Assembly: GCA_023213395.1 (NCBI GenBank)
Contig: CM041465.1
Coordinates: 119,481,741-119,545,740, forward strand
DNA length: 64,000 nucleotides
Direction of reading: 5' to 3'
Source: Cycas panzhihuaensis
Lineage: Eukaryota > Plantae > Cycadophyta
Positions 49,257-64,000 of the stretch are shown here, one piece after another. Within the stretch, counting starts at the first letter, position 1. Each line of letters starts with the position of its first letter. A model generated the notes under the pieces. The model was not told where the DNA came from. It saw only the letters and a program-made list of their open reading frames with translations, and did not search any database. The translations under genes and the position numbers were made by a program.

Positions 49257-52200
49257 CTAGCTACTTTGGACCATTTCCTTCTCCACCAGAACCATAAGAT
49301 CCTCAGGAAAGTCAAGCCTCCACATGATGTCTTCCTTTTGATTCACCCCCTGGTTTGCCAAAAAATCAGCAACTTTGTTTCCTTCTCTTAGTGTGTGCCT
49401 TATACAGACTTCTTCTAGGCCCTTAATACTCTCCTTCACATCATTAATCATGGACTGGAATCTCTAGTCCGGGAGGGCTATGCCTTTTAGCGAATTAATG
49501 ACCACCTCTGAGTCTCCCTCAATTACCAGTTGCTGAATGCCTCCTTTGAGGGCTAAATTAAGAGCCTTGAGCATAGCATACAATTTCGCAAAGTGGTTTG
49601 TTTGGTGCTCATAATAGTCCGTGAAGGCCCAAATGGGGGTACCCTTGTTATCTCTCAAGAATGCCCCTCCCAGCCTTCTCCGGGTTCCCTTTTATAGCAC
49701 TGTTAAAGTTGATTTTTAGCCAGGGCTCCACTGGTGGCAACCAACTGCTACATCTGACCTTTACAACCTCATATGCTGGCTCTATGCCCCACTTAAGCAG
49801 AATCCTATTCTCAGTCAGGGTAGTATGCTTCTCCTTAATGTTTCTAACATTCTCCCTGATGTCCATACAGATTTTATTAAAGGTGGCATGCTAGTCCATC
49901 TGTTTGCCCTGGAAGATTCTTCTATTTCTTTCCTTCCATATATTCCACGATAGTATCGGTAGTGCACTCTTCTAAATATAACTTAAGACTTTACTTTTGA
50001 ATGGGCTTTGCCAAGCAAGCCATAGATTGACAACCTTTTCTGAAAAGGTCCAGCACACCTCTAGTTTATCCAATAGCAGCCCCCATACCTCCCTTGAGAA
50101 TGAACACCCAAGGAAAATATGATCCATGGATTCCTCTTCTTTGTAGCATAGTATACACCTGTTGGGCAGGTGGAACCCTCTCTTTTTGAGATTATCTACA
50201 AAAAGAGTTTTATTCCTCAAACAGATCCACCAAAACACTACTATCTTGGGGATAAGTGGGAGCTTCCAAACACCTTCTAATGTTGGATCCCTTTAGTCAC
50301 CTCTCACTAGGCATAAGTAGTGGTACCCCTGTTTGGTAGTATATTCCCCAGACAGGCTCAAGGGCCACACAACCGAATCCAGGGAAGGCGTCCTAGGGAT
50401 ATAACTCTTTCCCAAAATCCTCTTAATTTTGTAAAGACCCTCCTACAGAGGTTGCTCCTCCTGGAATTCCTCAAAGTTTCTCCAACTTCCGTTTCTTCCA
50501 ATCCCGATCCAGTAATCATTTATAAGTAATCCATATTGCCTAACACAGGGGCCCTGGATAGGAACTAAATCAAGGTATTTCTTTAAGGCCTTATCATAGC
50601 ACCACGCATCCTCCCAGAACCTAATGGAGCTACCATCTCCCAATCTCCATTTCAGGCCTTCTCTAATAACTTTCTAGGCTTTAAGGATACTCCTCCAGAT
50701 GGTTGAGCTAACCGGTGAGGCAATGTTTTTGATGAGAGAGTCACCTTGAAGATATTTTCATGTTAGAATCTTCTCCCATAGTCTCTCTCCCCCTTTGATT
50801 AATCGCCAAGCCCATCTTGGCCCTAAGAGCAACATTAAAAGATGGAATCCTTCTGAGATTGAGACCTCCAGCCCATTTTGGAGTACAAACTTTATTCCAG
50901 CTCACCAGGTGTATCCTGGCTTTGTTCTCTGCCTCAGACTAGAAAAACCTCTTTTGGATGGTTTCAATAATATCCGAGATTCCAGGCGGCATTCTAAAAA
51001 TGGACATCTAGAAGATTGAGATGATCTGAAGTGTAGAAGCCACTAGTTGGAGCTTTCCCAATAGACTTAAAAAGGCACCTTTCCAGCCAGCCAACTTCCT
51101 TTGGATTCTATCGATGAGGGGGTTCCACATTTCCTTAGTTATCTTACCTACAAAGAGAGGCAATCTGAGGTAAGTTATGGGGAGCTTCTTAATACCCATC
51201 CCTAAAATCTTGTTGATCCTACCTTGAGTACACCCTGGGGTATTTATGAAGTAGACATTACTCTTGTTCAAACTTATCTTCTGGTTCATAGCCCTCTCAA
51301 AATATCCCAAGATCTCCTTGAATTTAGATGCCTCTCTAATGGTAGCCTTCCCTAAGAAGATATTATCATCCACGAATTGGTGGTGGACCACATTATCCAT
51401 CCCTAATGTCAGTTTTATGCCTTTGATAATCCCTTGCCTTCTAGCTGTCTCCAAGGCTCTTCCCAACATTTCAGCCATAATTATATAGAGAAAGAGAGAG
51501 AGAGGATCACCTTGTCTCAATCCCCTAGAACCTGGGAAAAATCTAGAAGAGGAGCCATTGATAATTGTGATTTACCTATGCAAAGCTTGATCCAAGTCCT
51601 CCATAGTTCCCCAAAACCAAATGCCTCTAGACAATCTAGAACGCACTCCCAGGAGACCCTATCGAAGGCCTTTGTGAGGTCAATCTTAATGAGCATCGTA
51701 AGCTCCTTCCTTTCCTTAACCAAATCAATTATTTCATGAACTACTATGAAGCCATCATAGATCTATCTGCCCTGAAGGAAATCATCCTGATTTTGGGAGA
51801 TAATATTTGGCATGATTTTCTTTAGTCTATTGGCCAGGACCTTAGTTATAATCTTATATTTAACATTGCAGAGACTAATGGGATAGAACTCTTCCATTCT
51901 CTTCACCCCTTCTTTCTTAGGGATAAGAACAAGGAATGTGGTCTGCCATTCCTATAAAATCTTGTTATTTACATAGAATTCTTGCAGAGCTCCCATATGG
52001 TCATCCTTGATAATGTCCCAAAGCTCCTAAAAAAACCCCTAGGGAAATCCATCGGGGCCCAGAGCTTTGTCTCTCTTCATGCCAAAGAGAGCTAGCCTAA
52101 CTTCTTCCTGAGTAAAAGGGGCTGCCAACTGAGCATTTTAGGATTCATTCACCAAACTGGGGATGTTTCTTAGGAAGTCCTTCCTTCTATCCTTATCACC

Positions 52201-53418
52201 ATCATGTGGTTCGGTATATAAATCCTTGAAGTATTCACTAGCCATTTCCTTCATATCTTCCATAGAGCTTACTATTGAGCCATCTTCCCTTTGAAGACTC
52301 TTTATTCTATTGCTCGCTCTATGCTTAGCTATGGTCATATGGAAAAACTTAGTGTTTTTATCACCTTCAGCCAACCATAATGCCCTGGATTTTTGTCTCC
52401 AATGGATTTCCTCTCTGATGAGAATCTCCTCCAGGTTTTCAACCAATTCCTTCTCTGTCTTGTCTAGATCTAGGGATTTGCCCTCTCGTTGTATCCTGTC
52501 CTCTGCTTCTTTTAGATCGCAGATATTTTGAAAGACTTCCTTATTCCAAACCTTTACTTGTCTTTTTACTCAGTCTAATTTCTTCAAAAATCTATACATT
52601 GCATGGCCACGTATTTGAACTCCCCACCATTCCTCAATCTTTTTTTGGAAATCAGGGTGGCGAAGCCACATTAATTCAAACTTGAAAGGAGATCCAATGT
52701 ATTTTCCTAGGTCCAAAAATTGAAGTAAGAGAGGGGAATGATCTGAACTAATCCTCGACAAAGCCTCAAGGGTGAAGTCCTTAAAGCACCGCAGCCAACC
52801 GTAATTGATCAACACCCTATCTAGTTTGATTTGTATTAAATAATCCCCCAAATGCTTCTTGGAGCAGGTATACGAAGCACCCCTAAGCTTAACGTCCTCT
52901 AGACTCCCCTGTTGTAGGAAGTCACTGAACTCGCTTATACTACTAGTCCAACCTACTGTACCTCCACTCTTATCCCCTGGGCACAATGCTGAGTTGAAGT
53001 CCCCCACCAACAGCCATGGGGCTCGACAATCCCTGTGGGCTTCGAGTATTCTGTCCCAAAGCCTCTTCCTGGCCTCCTAAAGGTTTGGGGCATAGATGTT
53101 AGTGGCTAGCCATCTTAGATTGTTACTTTTATTTGTTAACTATATCAAAACAAAGGATTCCTCGACCATATGGATTTCTCTAGACCACGTCCTCATATCC
53201 CATAATACCATTAAGCCCTCAGCTCCTTGAGCATAGTCAATCTCTATGCCCTATGCTTTCCTCCAAATTTTATTCCTGATCCTTGGACCATTCTCCTTAC
53301 TTAACTTTGTTTCTTGTAACAACATTAAATCTGGGTGATGTCTATTCCTCATATACCTGATAATTCTCTATTTCGAGGGGGCATTTAGTACTCTGACATT
53401 CCACGATATAATTTTTAT
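49257..53418 (-). pseudogene. L1 ORF2: AP endonuclease, RT, zf-RVT, RNase H-like domain
   Basis: KIISWNVR, VGDFN, KLDRVL, SDHSPL, WRQKSR..WLAEGDKNTKFFH, KIDLTKAFDRVSW, RQGDPLS, HHQFVDD, NRCILC..EESMDHIFLGC, WLPP..WLKINF, IEGDS, HTLREGNKVADFLA. Multiple stops. Confidence 0.93.
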
Positions 53419-53459
53419 CTTTTCCTTCTTTACTTCCAAACTTCAATAGTCTCACCTTT

Positions 53460-54983
53460 CTATGGATCTCTGCCTTCTGTCCTGGATCTGAGATTAGGCC
53501 CTTTAAGGAAGATATCGTTTAGAGTTTTCTGGTTGCCTTGATCCACCTGGGCAGCCACTTCTTTTTCTCTTATCAGTTTCAGGGATGGCGTACCCACCCT
53601 CTTCTCAGTTCCCATATTTGGTTGCTTCTTTTGGGTCACAACCGAATGTGCTAAGGTATGTTGGGCTGACGTCCCTAGTTCCACTTTTGTGGGCATCCCA
53701 AGACCTTCATCCCCTTCCAGCCGTGCCTGGACCTCTAATTCCTATACTGTCTTCACTCCAGCACCTGAGAAGGAATCCTTTCTATTCAGGGGGGGCATCC
53801 CAACCCCACCTCAGCATCCACTATGCGTTTCTTCTGTGGCTTGATCATGTGTGCTAAAGTATATTGGGCCAAGGATACTGGCCCAATTGGGGTGATGGCC
53901 CCTTGGCCACCTACCCCATCTGACCTCACCGGGGTCTCAAAATCCTAGGCAACCTGCTCCCCTTCCTCTAAGAGAGTGTCATCCTCATTGGGGTCGAATC
54001 CAAGATTCAAGTATAGGGTACTATACAATTCTAGAGGAGAGCCAACTCAGTCCTTTGTGGTTTCAGGAGCCTCCATGTCTCCTAGAATCTGTTGTATCTA
54101 CCCTTCCATCCTTGTCTCCATAGAGTCAGTCACCTCTTGAGGTTTCGACTCTATGGAATCCTCTTGCTTCTCCCTTTAAGATCTTTACACCTGAATACTT
54201 CTGGGGTAGGTGACCTAGGTTTCTACATAGGGAGCATCTAAAATGCTCCATTTCATGTACCAGTGGTTGTGCCCAACTCCCATCCACCGTGTCCATCTAT
54301 ATATCATCTAGAAGGGGTTTGTCAATCCTAACCAGGGCACAAAACCTAGCATTTATAAGTCTGCTTCTGTTCTTTGTCGCTGCGTTTATTACTAGAAGAG
54401 GTCCCACCGCTTTTGCAATTCCTTTTAGCACTTTGGGGTTCCAATGGAGTAAGGGGAGACCTGGTAATTGGATCCATATGGGAGCTTGTTTGATTTTGAG
54501 AACAGAAGGATCAAAATCCCTATGCATTTTTTCAAGAGATAAGGCCTTTCTACCAAGAATCCATGGGGCCCTTAGGAGAATACTAGACATGTCCTCATAG
54601 GAAAAAAATTTAAATAGCACACAACCCTTTGGTATGGCTATTACTTCCACATTACCTACCATTTTCCATTTGATCCTTATCTAGTTTCTGATGGTTTCCA
54701 GTCCTGGTCTGGGTCCAGAGAATCTGCCGACAAGGTAGTTCTCCCAATATTTCTCAGTTTTCTCCACTAGGCCCTAAGGAATTTTTAGTCTGACCTTGTT
54801 ATCTTGTATCTCAGGTGTTAAATTGTATGTTTCCTCCTCATTTGCTTTCAAAACATCATAATAGGATCTCCCTAGTGAAAGATTGGGGTTCTGGTTCTGG
54901 TTTTGAAGTGTATAACCCTTATCCATATTTAAAATATTGTAAAATATAGAGAAATAAACCCCATGCAAGGGTGACATGGACAT
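53460..54983 (-). pseudogene. L1 ORF1 (DUF4283/RRM-like) relic
   Basis: FKFFSYEDM..RAPWILGRKAL..APIWIQLPGLPLLHWN..FARFCALVRIDKPL-like motifs at 54297-54662, typical of plant L1 ORF1. Boundaries approximate. Confidence 0.8.
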
Positions 54984-57900
54984 ACCATGGCCCTAGGCAC
55001 AATAGTCATCACAGCCTCTATCTTCCTCGCTGGCTTGTCTTTCTTCGTCTGATCTAGATGGCTGCCATTCATCCCCTTCACTTAGCATCCTCCAACTCTA
55101 AACAAAGCATTGCTATTCCTATCAATGCTATATAAGAGGTTCGAACATCATTCCTTAACTTGTCTCACCCCCTACGCGTCTTGTTTATGGGGATAGCTCG
55201 CCCTAATAGCTTGTCAATAAGCCCAGTACGGGCATCCATGCCTCCAATGATAGAGGGACGCCATTGCATCTGGGTCCTTTGTGTCTTGCCTGGTACTGCC
55301 ATATGAGCCGTAATCAGAAACCCTAAACAGTAGAAAAAGCTCGCCTCTGTCTCCATCCCGAGCAGAAAAATTTAACTTATCTATAAGTACCATTTAGGGA
55401 GCTACTTTAAAGTGACATTTTCTTAAACATCTTTCAAAGGAATTTTTGATGTATATATTGTAGTAGAGGTAGGAGGTATAGACAAAGTACCAAGTGTATA
55501 TGACATTGATAGAGGTAATTAAATTGTAGGAATATTTTCTATAGTAGGAGATGGAGTAGAAGGTACTGTAGGTTACTCATAAAAAAATAAAAGTTGAGTT
55601 ATGTTTAAGTCCTAGTTTTCTTATAAAAAGATAACATCTTGAGATGTATATATTTTCTTAGTGGTAGGATCATAACATTTATTTTCTTTATAGTTAGGTT
55701 GATAGTTAATGAAAATACATTTCCTACTTTTATCATCTAACTTATTCCTTTATTCTTTTGGTATAAGCATATACATTATATAATTGAAGGTATGCAAATA
55801 TGAGATCATAGTTTTTTGACTTGATTAGGCCTCCTTAGGTGCAATATTCAAAACAAACTTGGTTAGACTTCAATTTGTGAGTTAAAAAATAAAGTTAAGG
55901 GTTGTAACCCATAATTGAAGTCCCAAATTTTTAGTGGTAAGTATGGCTTTTCCTTCACTAAGGTCTAGTTCATATGCTTAGCAACTCCATTTTGTTGAGG
56001 TGTATAAGGGCCATAGAACTATTGTTTGATGCCATTATCCTTATGAAGCTAGGTGAATTCTCTAGAAGTATATTCACCTTCATTGTCACAATGAAGGATT
56101 TTTATTGGCTTTCTAGATTTCAACTCAACATCATGCTTAAATTCTCTAAATTTTTTAAACACTTCTAATTTCTACTTCAGAAACTAAACCCAAACTCTTC
56201 TATAATAATTATTAATAAATGTAATAAAATATCAACAACCATTGAAAGATGATTAAGATCTGGATCCATAAATACCAAAATGTACCAAGCTTAATAGTTC
56301 GTTAGCATGCTAGGCTCTTCCATCTAACTTGAATAGAGCCCTATGAAGTTTTCCATGACACAAACCTCACAAAAATATATTTGGTATTCCATGCACCATA
56401 TTCAATTTGAAAAGTAGATGAAGGCTACTCATGTTCAAATGACTAAGGTATTAATGTCGTAATTGGTCTTTTAGAAGTCTATAAGAAATAAGTTCTTGTA
56501 AAGTAAATTATTTATTAGTACTTGAAGTTGAATAAAAGTATGAGAAGTAAAAGTTGAAATTACATCAATTTTATAGCCTTTTTTTTAGGAATAAAGGTCT
56601 TGAAATTACATCAAGCTTATATAGGCCTTATTCTTTATATCTAGGGGAAATTAAATTTCCATTAAATTTTATAGTCAAACATTTTCCAAGATGACTGAAC
56701 AAAACATTAAGTTCTACTTACTTATTTGGCTGACAGATAGCAAGTTATGTGTCATGCTAGTGACATAGAAGACATTATTAAGATGATGTCAAATATCAGA
56801 ATTCTTTAGAGATATAGGATTATTGTTGATCTTGGCAACCTCTAAAATGATGTCATCAATAAATGTAAATGATTATTCCTACACTAGCCTTGTATCTATA
56901 AGTAGTTATTTGAAACATGTCATATGGTGAGAGACTCTATAATTTATCAACTATGATTTATTAGAATGGTTTGTAGCTAATGCAACAAAGAAAAGGTTTC
57001 ATAAATCAACCATGTAGCCACCTTGATTCTAATTTCATCTCTGGTTATGATTTTTACTCTGTTTATTACCCTAAGGGATATTTTGGTTCTATCTCCTTAG
57101 TCCTTCATAGTCATTCTAGTTTTGTCTTCTTGGTCCTTAATAATTACTACATCTATGATTTTGACTAGCTTGTATGGCAGTGCTGTTTTAGTATTGTTGT
57201 TATTATAGATTAACTTTATTCTTCCTATAATTAGGTGAAATATGACTAGGTTTATGACAATAGTGATAAATAACCTAAGTAGGATATTGAGATTATTATT
57301 GATATAGATGTTGGTTCAAATTTATTAAACTAAATTATTGATTAAGGTATGGGTGTTATTATCTCCCTTTATGTCATTCTATAAAGGCTAGAGTAGAAGA
57401 GGAGGCACCTAAATTTCTTGATCTATTCATAATACATTGCTCTTGAAGTAAAAGACCTTTAAGTGTGGTAAGATAATCAATATGAGATAGGTTGGATATA
57501 AGGGAATTATATCCTACTAGAAAAACATTAACTATATAAGATATAAGATCCTTGTCATTAGGTGGTTATGCCATAATACTTAACTAGTTCTAGATTGATT
57601 TTATCTATGTCAGATGAGCTATAATTTATCTAGCAAATAGTATGGAGTAGAGCTGAGCTTTAAGCATGGAAATTCTTGCATTATCCTTCTTCTCATACAC
57701 TACATAGATTATATTCCAAGCTTCAAAATAAATGGATGAAAGTTCAATATTTTGGTCAACATTATCTTCATACGACAGGTGTAGGAAAGAAAGAGCAACT
57801 TCATAAAATTATTTAAAGGAGGCTATAGTATCATAATTAATAAGAGTGACAACATCAAGATCATTAGGATCTTGAGTGTTGTTAGGCATATGGATTTTAC

Positions 57901-60342
57901 TAGATACATAAGCCTAGAGTTTATTTATTATTAGAATGTTCTTGACTTGTTTCTTTCAGGCTAAGAAATTATCATTACTAGATAATTTAATTGTATTAGT
58001 TATAACCATTTAAAGTGCAATTTTATCTTAGGTATATGTCCTATTTACTTAAAAAGGTTTACTAATATATTAGCTATATTCTCAATGTCTCCTTGCTTAA
58101 TAGCCCCTAGTAGTTGAGACGATTATATTTAATGACATACTTGCTCATAAGTGACAACTTAAGGACCCTATATACCAAAAGGTATATGACTTCTATTAAA
58201 GTTTATGCCACCTCCCTAACACTATTAACCCACCTACACTAGATTTATGGTTTGAATGATTGATCCTCATCTAAGAGCACACTTACAATAAAGGCACTCA
58301 ACCTCTTTAGGTTTAACTTGGGACCTAAACTCCAAGGTTTTTAGGTATATGCCTTAGTCTACCACTCAATATACTTAATAGCTATTGCCTCCCCCTATAG
58401 TTCATAGAGTTTAAGAAAGTACAATAGCATGTGTGGGAGTGATACCTTTAAGGGTCCTAGCCATTTCCCCTATAAGTTTGGTAAGAAGGGTGGTTTACTT
58501 AAGATCTTCTTTTTTAATCTTTTAATTTTTTATAAGATTTTATAATTAAAATTTAAAACTTTTTAATGTTTTAAGTAGAAATATATTAAAAAATTATAAA
58601 AGTCCCTATAAAACTAAGAAATAACCTGGAATCAATAAAAAAATATGCTAGAAATGACTTAAAATAGGCTAAAAAATAATTAGGAAAATATTAGAAATGA
58701 AACTTTAAGATGAAACCATAATACTTCTATGAATACTCTAAAGTATATAACCTAAAGTTTTAAAAACTATAGAAAAAAAAATTATATAATAGGTTTAAAA
58801 AAAGAATAAATAAATGAGGATACAAGGAAGAATTTCTATTTAATGGAGGTATGGAATCATAGTATGGTAATGTACTCAAGGACAAAATGCTATAAGGATC
58901 ATAATGAATGGTCACACTACCTAGTTTCATTGATTACAGAATGAATGGAAGTTAGATAAGCATCAAGAGGTCACCCAAATTTTACACCTCTATAATTGTA
59001 TTTATGCTCGAGTCTTAGGTGATTTATGCTTGTTACAATTTCACAATTGCTTCATCACTATGTCTAGGGTACGAGATGTCTTCCAGTATGTAGGGATTAT
59101 CCATGGAGAAAATGGTGGTGAGTTAAATTTACAAGCAGATGTTATTTAGGAGTGACTGTGTACTAAAGGTGATAAACAAAAGATGCACAAGATAAAGGCT
59201 CTAAAGTAGTCAAATAGATAACTCTATATAGCTGAATCAAGATGATTTTAATTTAGATGGAGAAGCCATATATATTAGGCTCATTAAACATCATTTTCCC
59301 TTTGTTACTCAGTTCTCTTATTCATTACCATCATCTCCACTGACACATTCTTAAAGGAGTGAATCGATGATGGGTGGAAAGTCATGCTCTGTAGTAGTGG
59401 AATAGGATTGCTTGGAGGATATAGATCTAACAAGAGCTCTTCTCTATGATACCACTTCAGATTATAAGAAGACACAGATGCATTGAGTCAAAGTGAGTTA
59501 AAACTATCATTCTCAAAGGCTTGCATATTAGGACAAGATGTAGTACTCTTATATTAGAAGTTAATAACATACTTCATTATATATTTCTTGTTATCTACTT
59601 TATAGGAATAACTTCCTGTTGCTCAGCCAACCTTCTTCATATCACTCACATAATCTTACAGTCTTTGGTATGCTTGGGAGCAATATTGGTAGCTTTAGCT
59701 CTCAACCTTTTAACTCCCTTCTTGAGATCCTGGGTTAAATCAACCTAAGGGATGATATTTCTATTGGAATTGAGGATGGCCCTTTTGGATTTAAGCATCT
59801 ACAATCTAGTTCAAATATGTAACCTCAATGTGTCCTATATATCCAACATTGATTTATAGTTAAGTATTCATTATTCATATTTTTATTAGTAGGTAGGGAT
59901 GGTTAGCTATTTGATTTTTGTGGTCTTTAGTAATTTATTTTATATTTTCCTTACTCCAATGTTCAAAAATAGCCACCACATAATCAACAGATAATCCATA
60001 ACAAATTTAGCAAATTCTATTGACTATAAGGTTAAATCTAATGAGGTTTATGATTAAATTAAAGAATAATAGATTGTATAAGTTTAGAGGAGGAGGTAAT
60101 CATCATGAAAGACATCATGGAAGTAGGGGTCAAATAGTGATAAAAATGAAATTATCTACAAAATTAAATGTAATCCTAAATGATCTATAAATGTATAACA
60201 AAGCCATGATAGATCGATGGCTATTCAGGAGGTAAGTAGAGGTAGACTTTATATAATATTCAAAAAACCAAATGACATACTCAATAAATAAAGTAGTAGA
60301 CAACTTAGTATGATAAGATGTAAATATGGCTTTGATACTAAG

Positions 60343-60794
60343 TGAAGAGAAGTGGCATTTAAGCCAACTTCCAGCTAGGTTCAAATCACATAAAGTATAC
60401 ACAAAACATCAATAATAGAAGTGAGGAGGTTAAATTTATTAATCCTCCAAAATCAACATCAATTCATCACACATCAACTCATATTAAAATTGCATCATTG
60501 TTACCTCATATATACAAACATTTATAATTATGTGAGAGGCATGAGGGAATATGAAGGTTAATCATGCAAGGTGACATTTGGCACCTTATATGATCAATTT
60601 ACATATGCGTTATAATGAGGTGTGAGCAAATATGACCTCATGTTCTTTAGCTCACAACTTGAAGTTATAACTAACAAAAAACATGATACTATTACCCTTA
60701 AAATACACTAATATAACTTCAATATTACAAATGTACATTACATTTACAAAAGGACTAAGTTGAATTAATGAATTTAACATTAATTCTTCTATCA
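60343..60794 (-). repeat. Copia 5' LTR (452 bp)
   Basis: TG...CA with the PBS relic adjacent; collinear with 46995-47456. Confidence 0.85.
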
Positions 60795-62521
<1,727 letters not shown>

Positions 62522-64000
62522 TGTAGAAGTAATGTGATAATATAACTCTAGACTATGCAAAGAACAAATAGCATAAACAAACCAAGCACACAATAAAGAA
62601 CACCAGGAGATTCAGGCCTAAGTATATACCTTTTATTAATCTGAGCAACAACTAAAGAATTACAAAGATAAACCCAAACTCTTCTCATTTACTCATCAAA
62701 GACTCATCCCACCTTTTTACAATACAATGAGTATAAACCATGGCTAACAAAGACCCCTATAAAACACCTAAAGGGACTCGGGTGTAGTGCCTATACCCAT
62801 GTAACACTTGTAAAGTGTTCAATATATCTAATAATCTCTTACTTATTAAACACTTTATAAGAAACCCAATATACATAACTACTTAATACCAAAATCACAA
62901 ACACCCATTGCATTTTTACACTTTGAATTTTTTTGTGCTAACAATCTTAGTTATTGAGCCTTTAATATTCTCTTATATAGCAATCTTCTACAAATCCACC
63001 TTGTGATCTTAAACCATTTTTCTGATAAAATAGAACTACATATCAATATGCTTTGACCGATCATAAAAAATGGGATTTCTTGCTAAGTAGATTGCACTTT
63101 GACTATCACAATCTATCCTCATAATATCCTTCTTTAAGCCAATATTTATGCATAATCTTGTAACTAAACTACTTCCTTGCATGTATGAGTAATTGCCATA
63201 TACTCTACTTCTGTGCTAGAAAGTGCCACAACTTGCTATCTTTTACTCATCCAGCTAACTGCGCGACCACAAATGGTAAGAACATACTTGCTTATAGATC
63301 TTCTACTGTTAAGATCTCCAGCCTAATCAACATTAACAAAACCTCTCATGTTCATTGTTCTACTCTCCATGGGATCTTCTTAATAGTAAATTTCATAGTT
63401 TGATGTACCCCATATAGACTTGAAAATCCTTTTCATAACTACCTAATGCTCCTTACCTGGGTTTGACATATACTTATTAACTACTCCTACTACATAGGTA
63501 ATGTCTAGTCAAGTGTAAACTATCACATACATCAGGCTACCAACAACACTAGCATAAGGGACAAATACCATGTCTTCAATTTCTTGGTAAGTCTTTAGGT
63601 ATTATTTACCTAATAATTTTAAACCAATAGGAAGAGGAATATTAATTGGTTTATTATCTTGTAACCTGAACTGCTACAATATTATCTCAATGTATCATCT
63701 TTAGCTAAGCCAAATCTTCCTATTTCTCTTATCCATTTTAATCTCAATGCTCAAAATAAAATGTATAACACCAAAGTCCTTCATCTTAAAATGAGATGCC
63801 AGTTGGCCTTTCATAAGTTGGTTCATTTCTTTATTATTACCAATTAAAAGCATGTCATCAACATATAAATCTAGAATAACAAAATGATTACTAACCTGCT
63901 TATAATAAACATAATGATCTGCTTTACTATGCACAAAGCCATCTGCTAACATATATGAATCAAATTTCTAATACCACATCATTAGAGATTATTTTAAGCT
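62522..64000 (-). mobile_element. 3' end of a Ty1/copia element (RT, RH, 3' LTR 62522-62943); continues beyond the window
   Basis: ORF 63701-63952 ADHYVYYK..LYVDDMLLIGNN..FKMKDFG. RH DCDSQSAIYLARNPIFYDRSKHID. LTR TGTAGA...CTAACA. Confidence 0.88.

Larger units (their letters stand above)
49103..55376 (-). mobile_element. L1-clade LINE, apparently full length (~6.3 kb)
   Basis: 19-bp TSD TTATCTATAAGTACCATTT at 49084-49102 and 55377-55395. T-run (poly-A tail) to 49109. ORF1 and ORF2 relics on the minus strand. Confidence 0.95.
46995..60794 (-). mobile_element. Degraded Ty1/copia LTR retrotransposon, host of the L1
   Basis: LTRs 46995-47456 and 60343-60794, TSD ATTTC/ATTTT, PPT CCCTCTCTT after 47456, Met-type PBS relic GGCTTTGATACTA at ~60329-60340. 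Minus-strand RH KHIKVHHHFIMEH (~47620), RT ~48000-48900, INT ~55600-56300, gag ~57100-58000. Confidence 0.88.

Overview
Gene-free, AT-rich plant genomic DNA made almost entirely of nested retrotransposons of different ages. The Tat-type domain layouts suggest a gymnosperm, which is an inference. Left part: an old minus-strand Tat-type Ty3/gypsy pol (5655-33869) is split by a ~2.2 kb solo-LTR-like insertion (6237-8472) and by a plus-strand chromovirus-type gypsy element (8872-31254, TSD CTAGT), and is cut at its protease by a chromodomain-bearing gypsy fragment (33870-~34750). Inside the chromovirus sits the best-preserved element, a 16.6 kb minus-strand Tat-type element (13794-30367, ~2.57 kb LTRs, TSD ACTTC, Arg-type PBS). 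Between its integrase stop and its PPT it carries an unusual two-gene cassette: (1) an antisense, TATA-preceded, three-exon Plant Mobile Domain (PMD) gene with a cluster of CpG-rich palindromes in intron 1, and (2) head-to-head with it, a free-standing archaeal/bacterial-type RNase HI domain detached from pol. Right part: a chromovirus gag-protease relic, a Tat-type relic with a tandemly duplicated aRH between protease and RT, a Ty1/copia element (46995-60794) containing an apparently full-length L1 LINE (49103-55376, 19-bp TSD), a further chromovirus relic, and the 3' end of another copia. Older elements are heavily eroded by C-to-T/G-to-A changes at CG and CHG. No host protein-coding, tRNA or rRNA gene was recognised. 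Coordinates were read by eye and may be off by a few bases.
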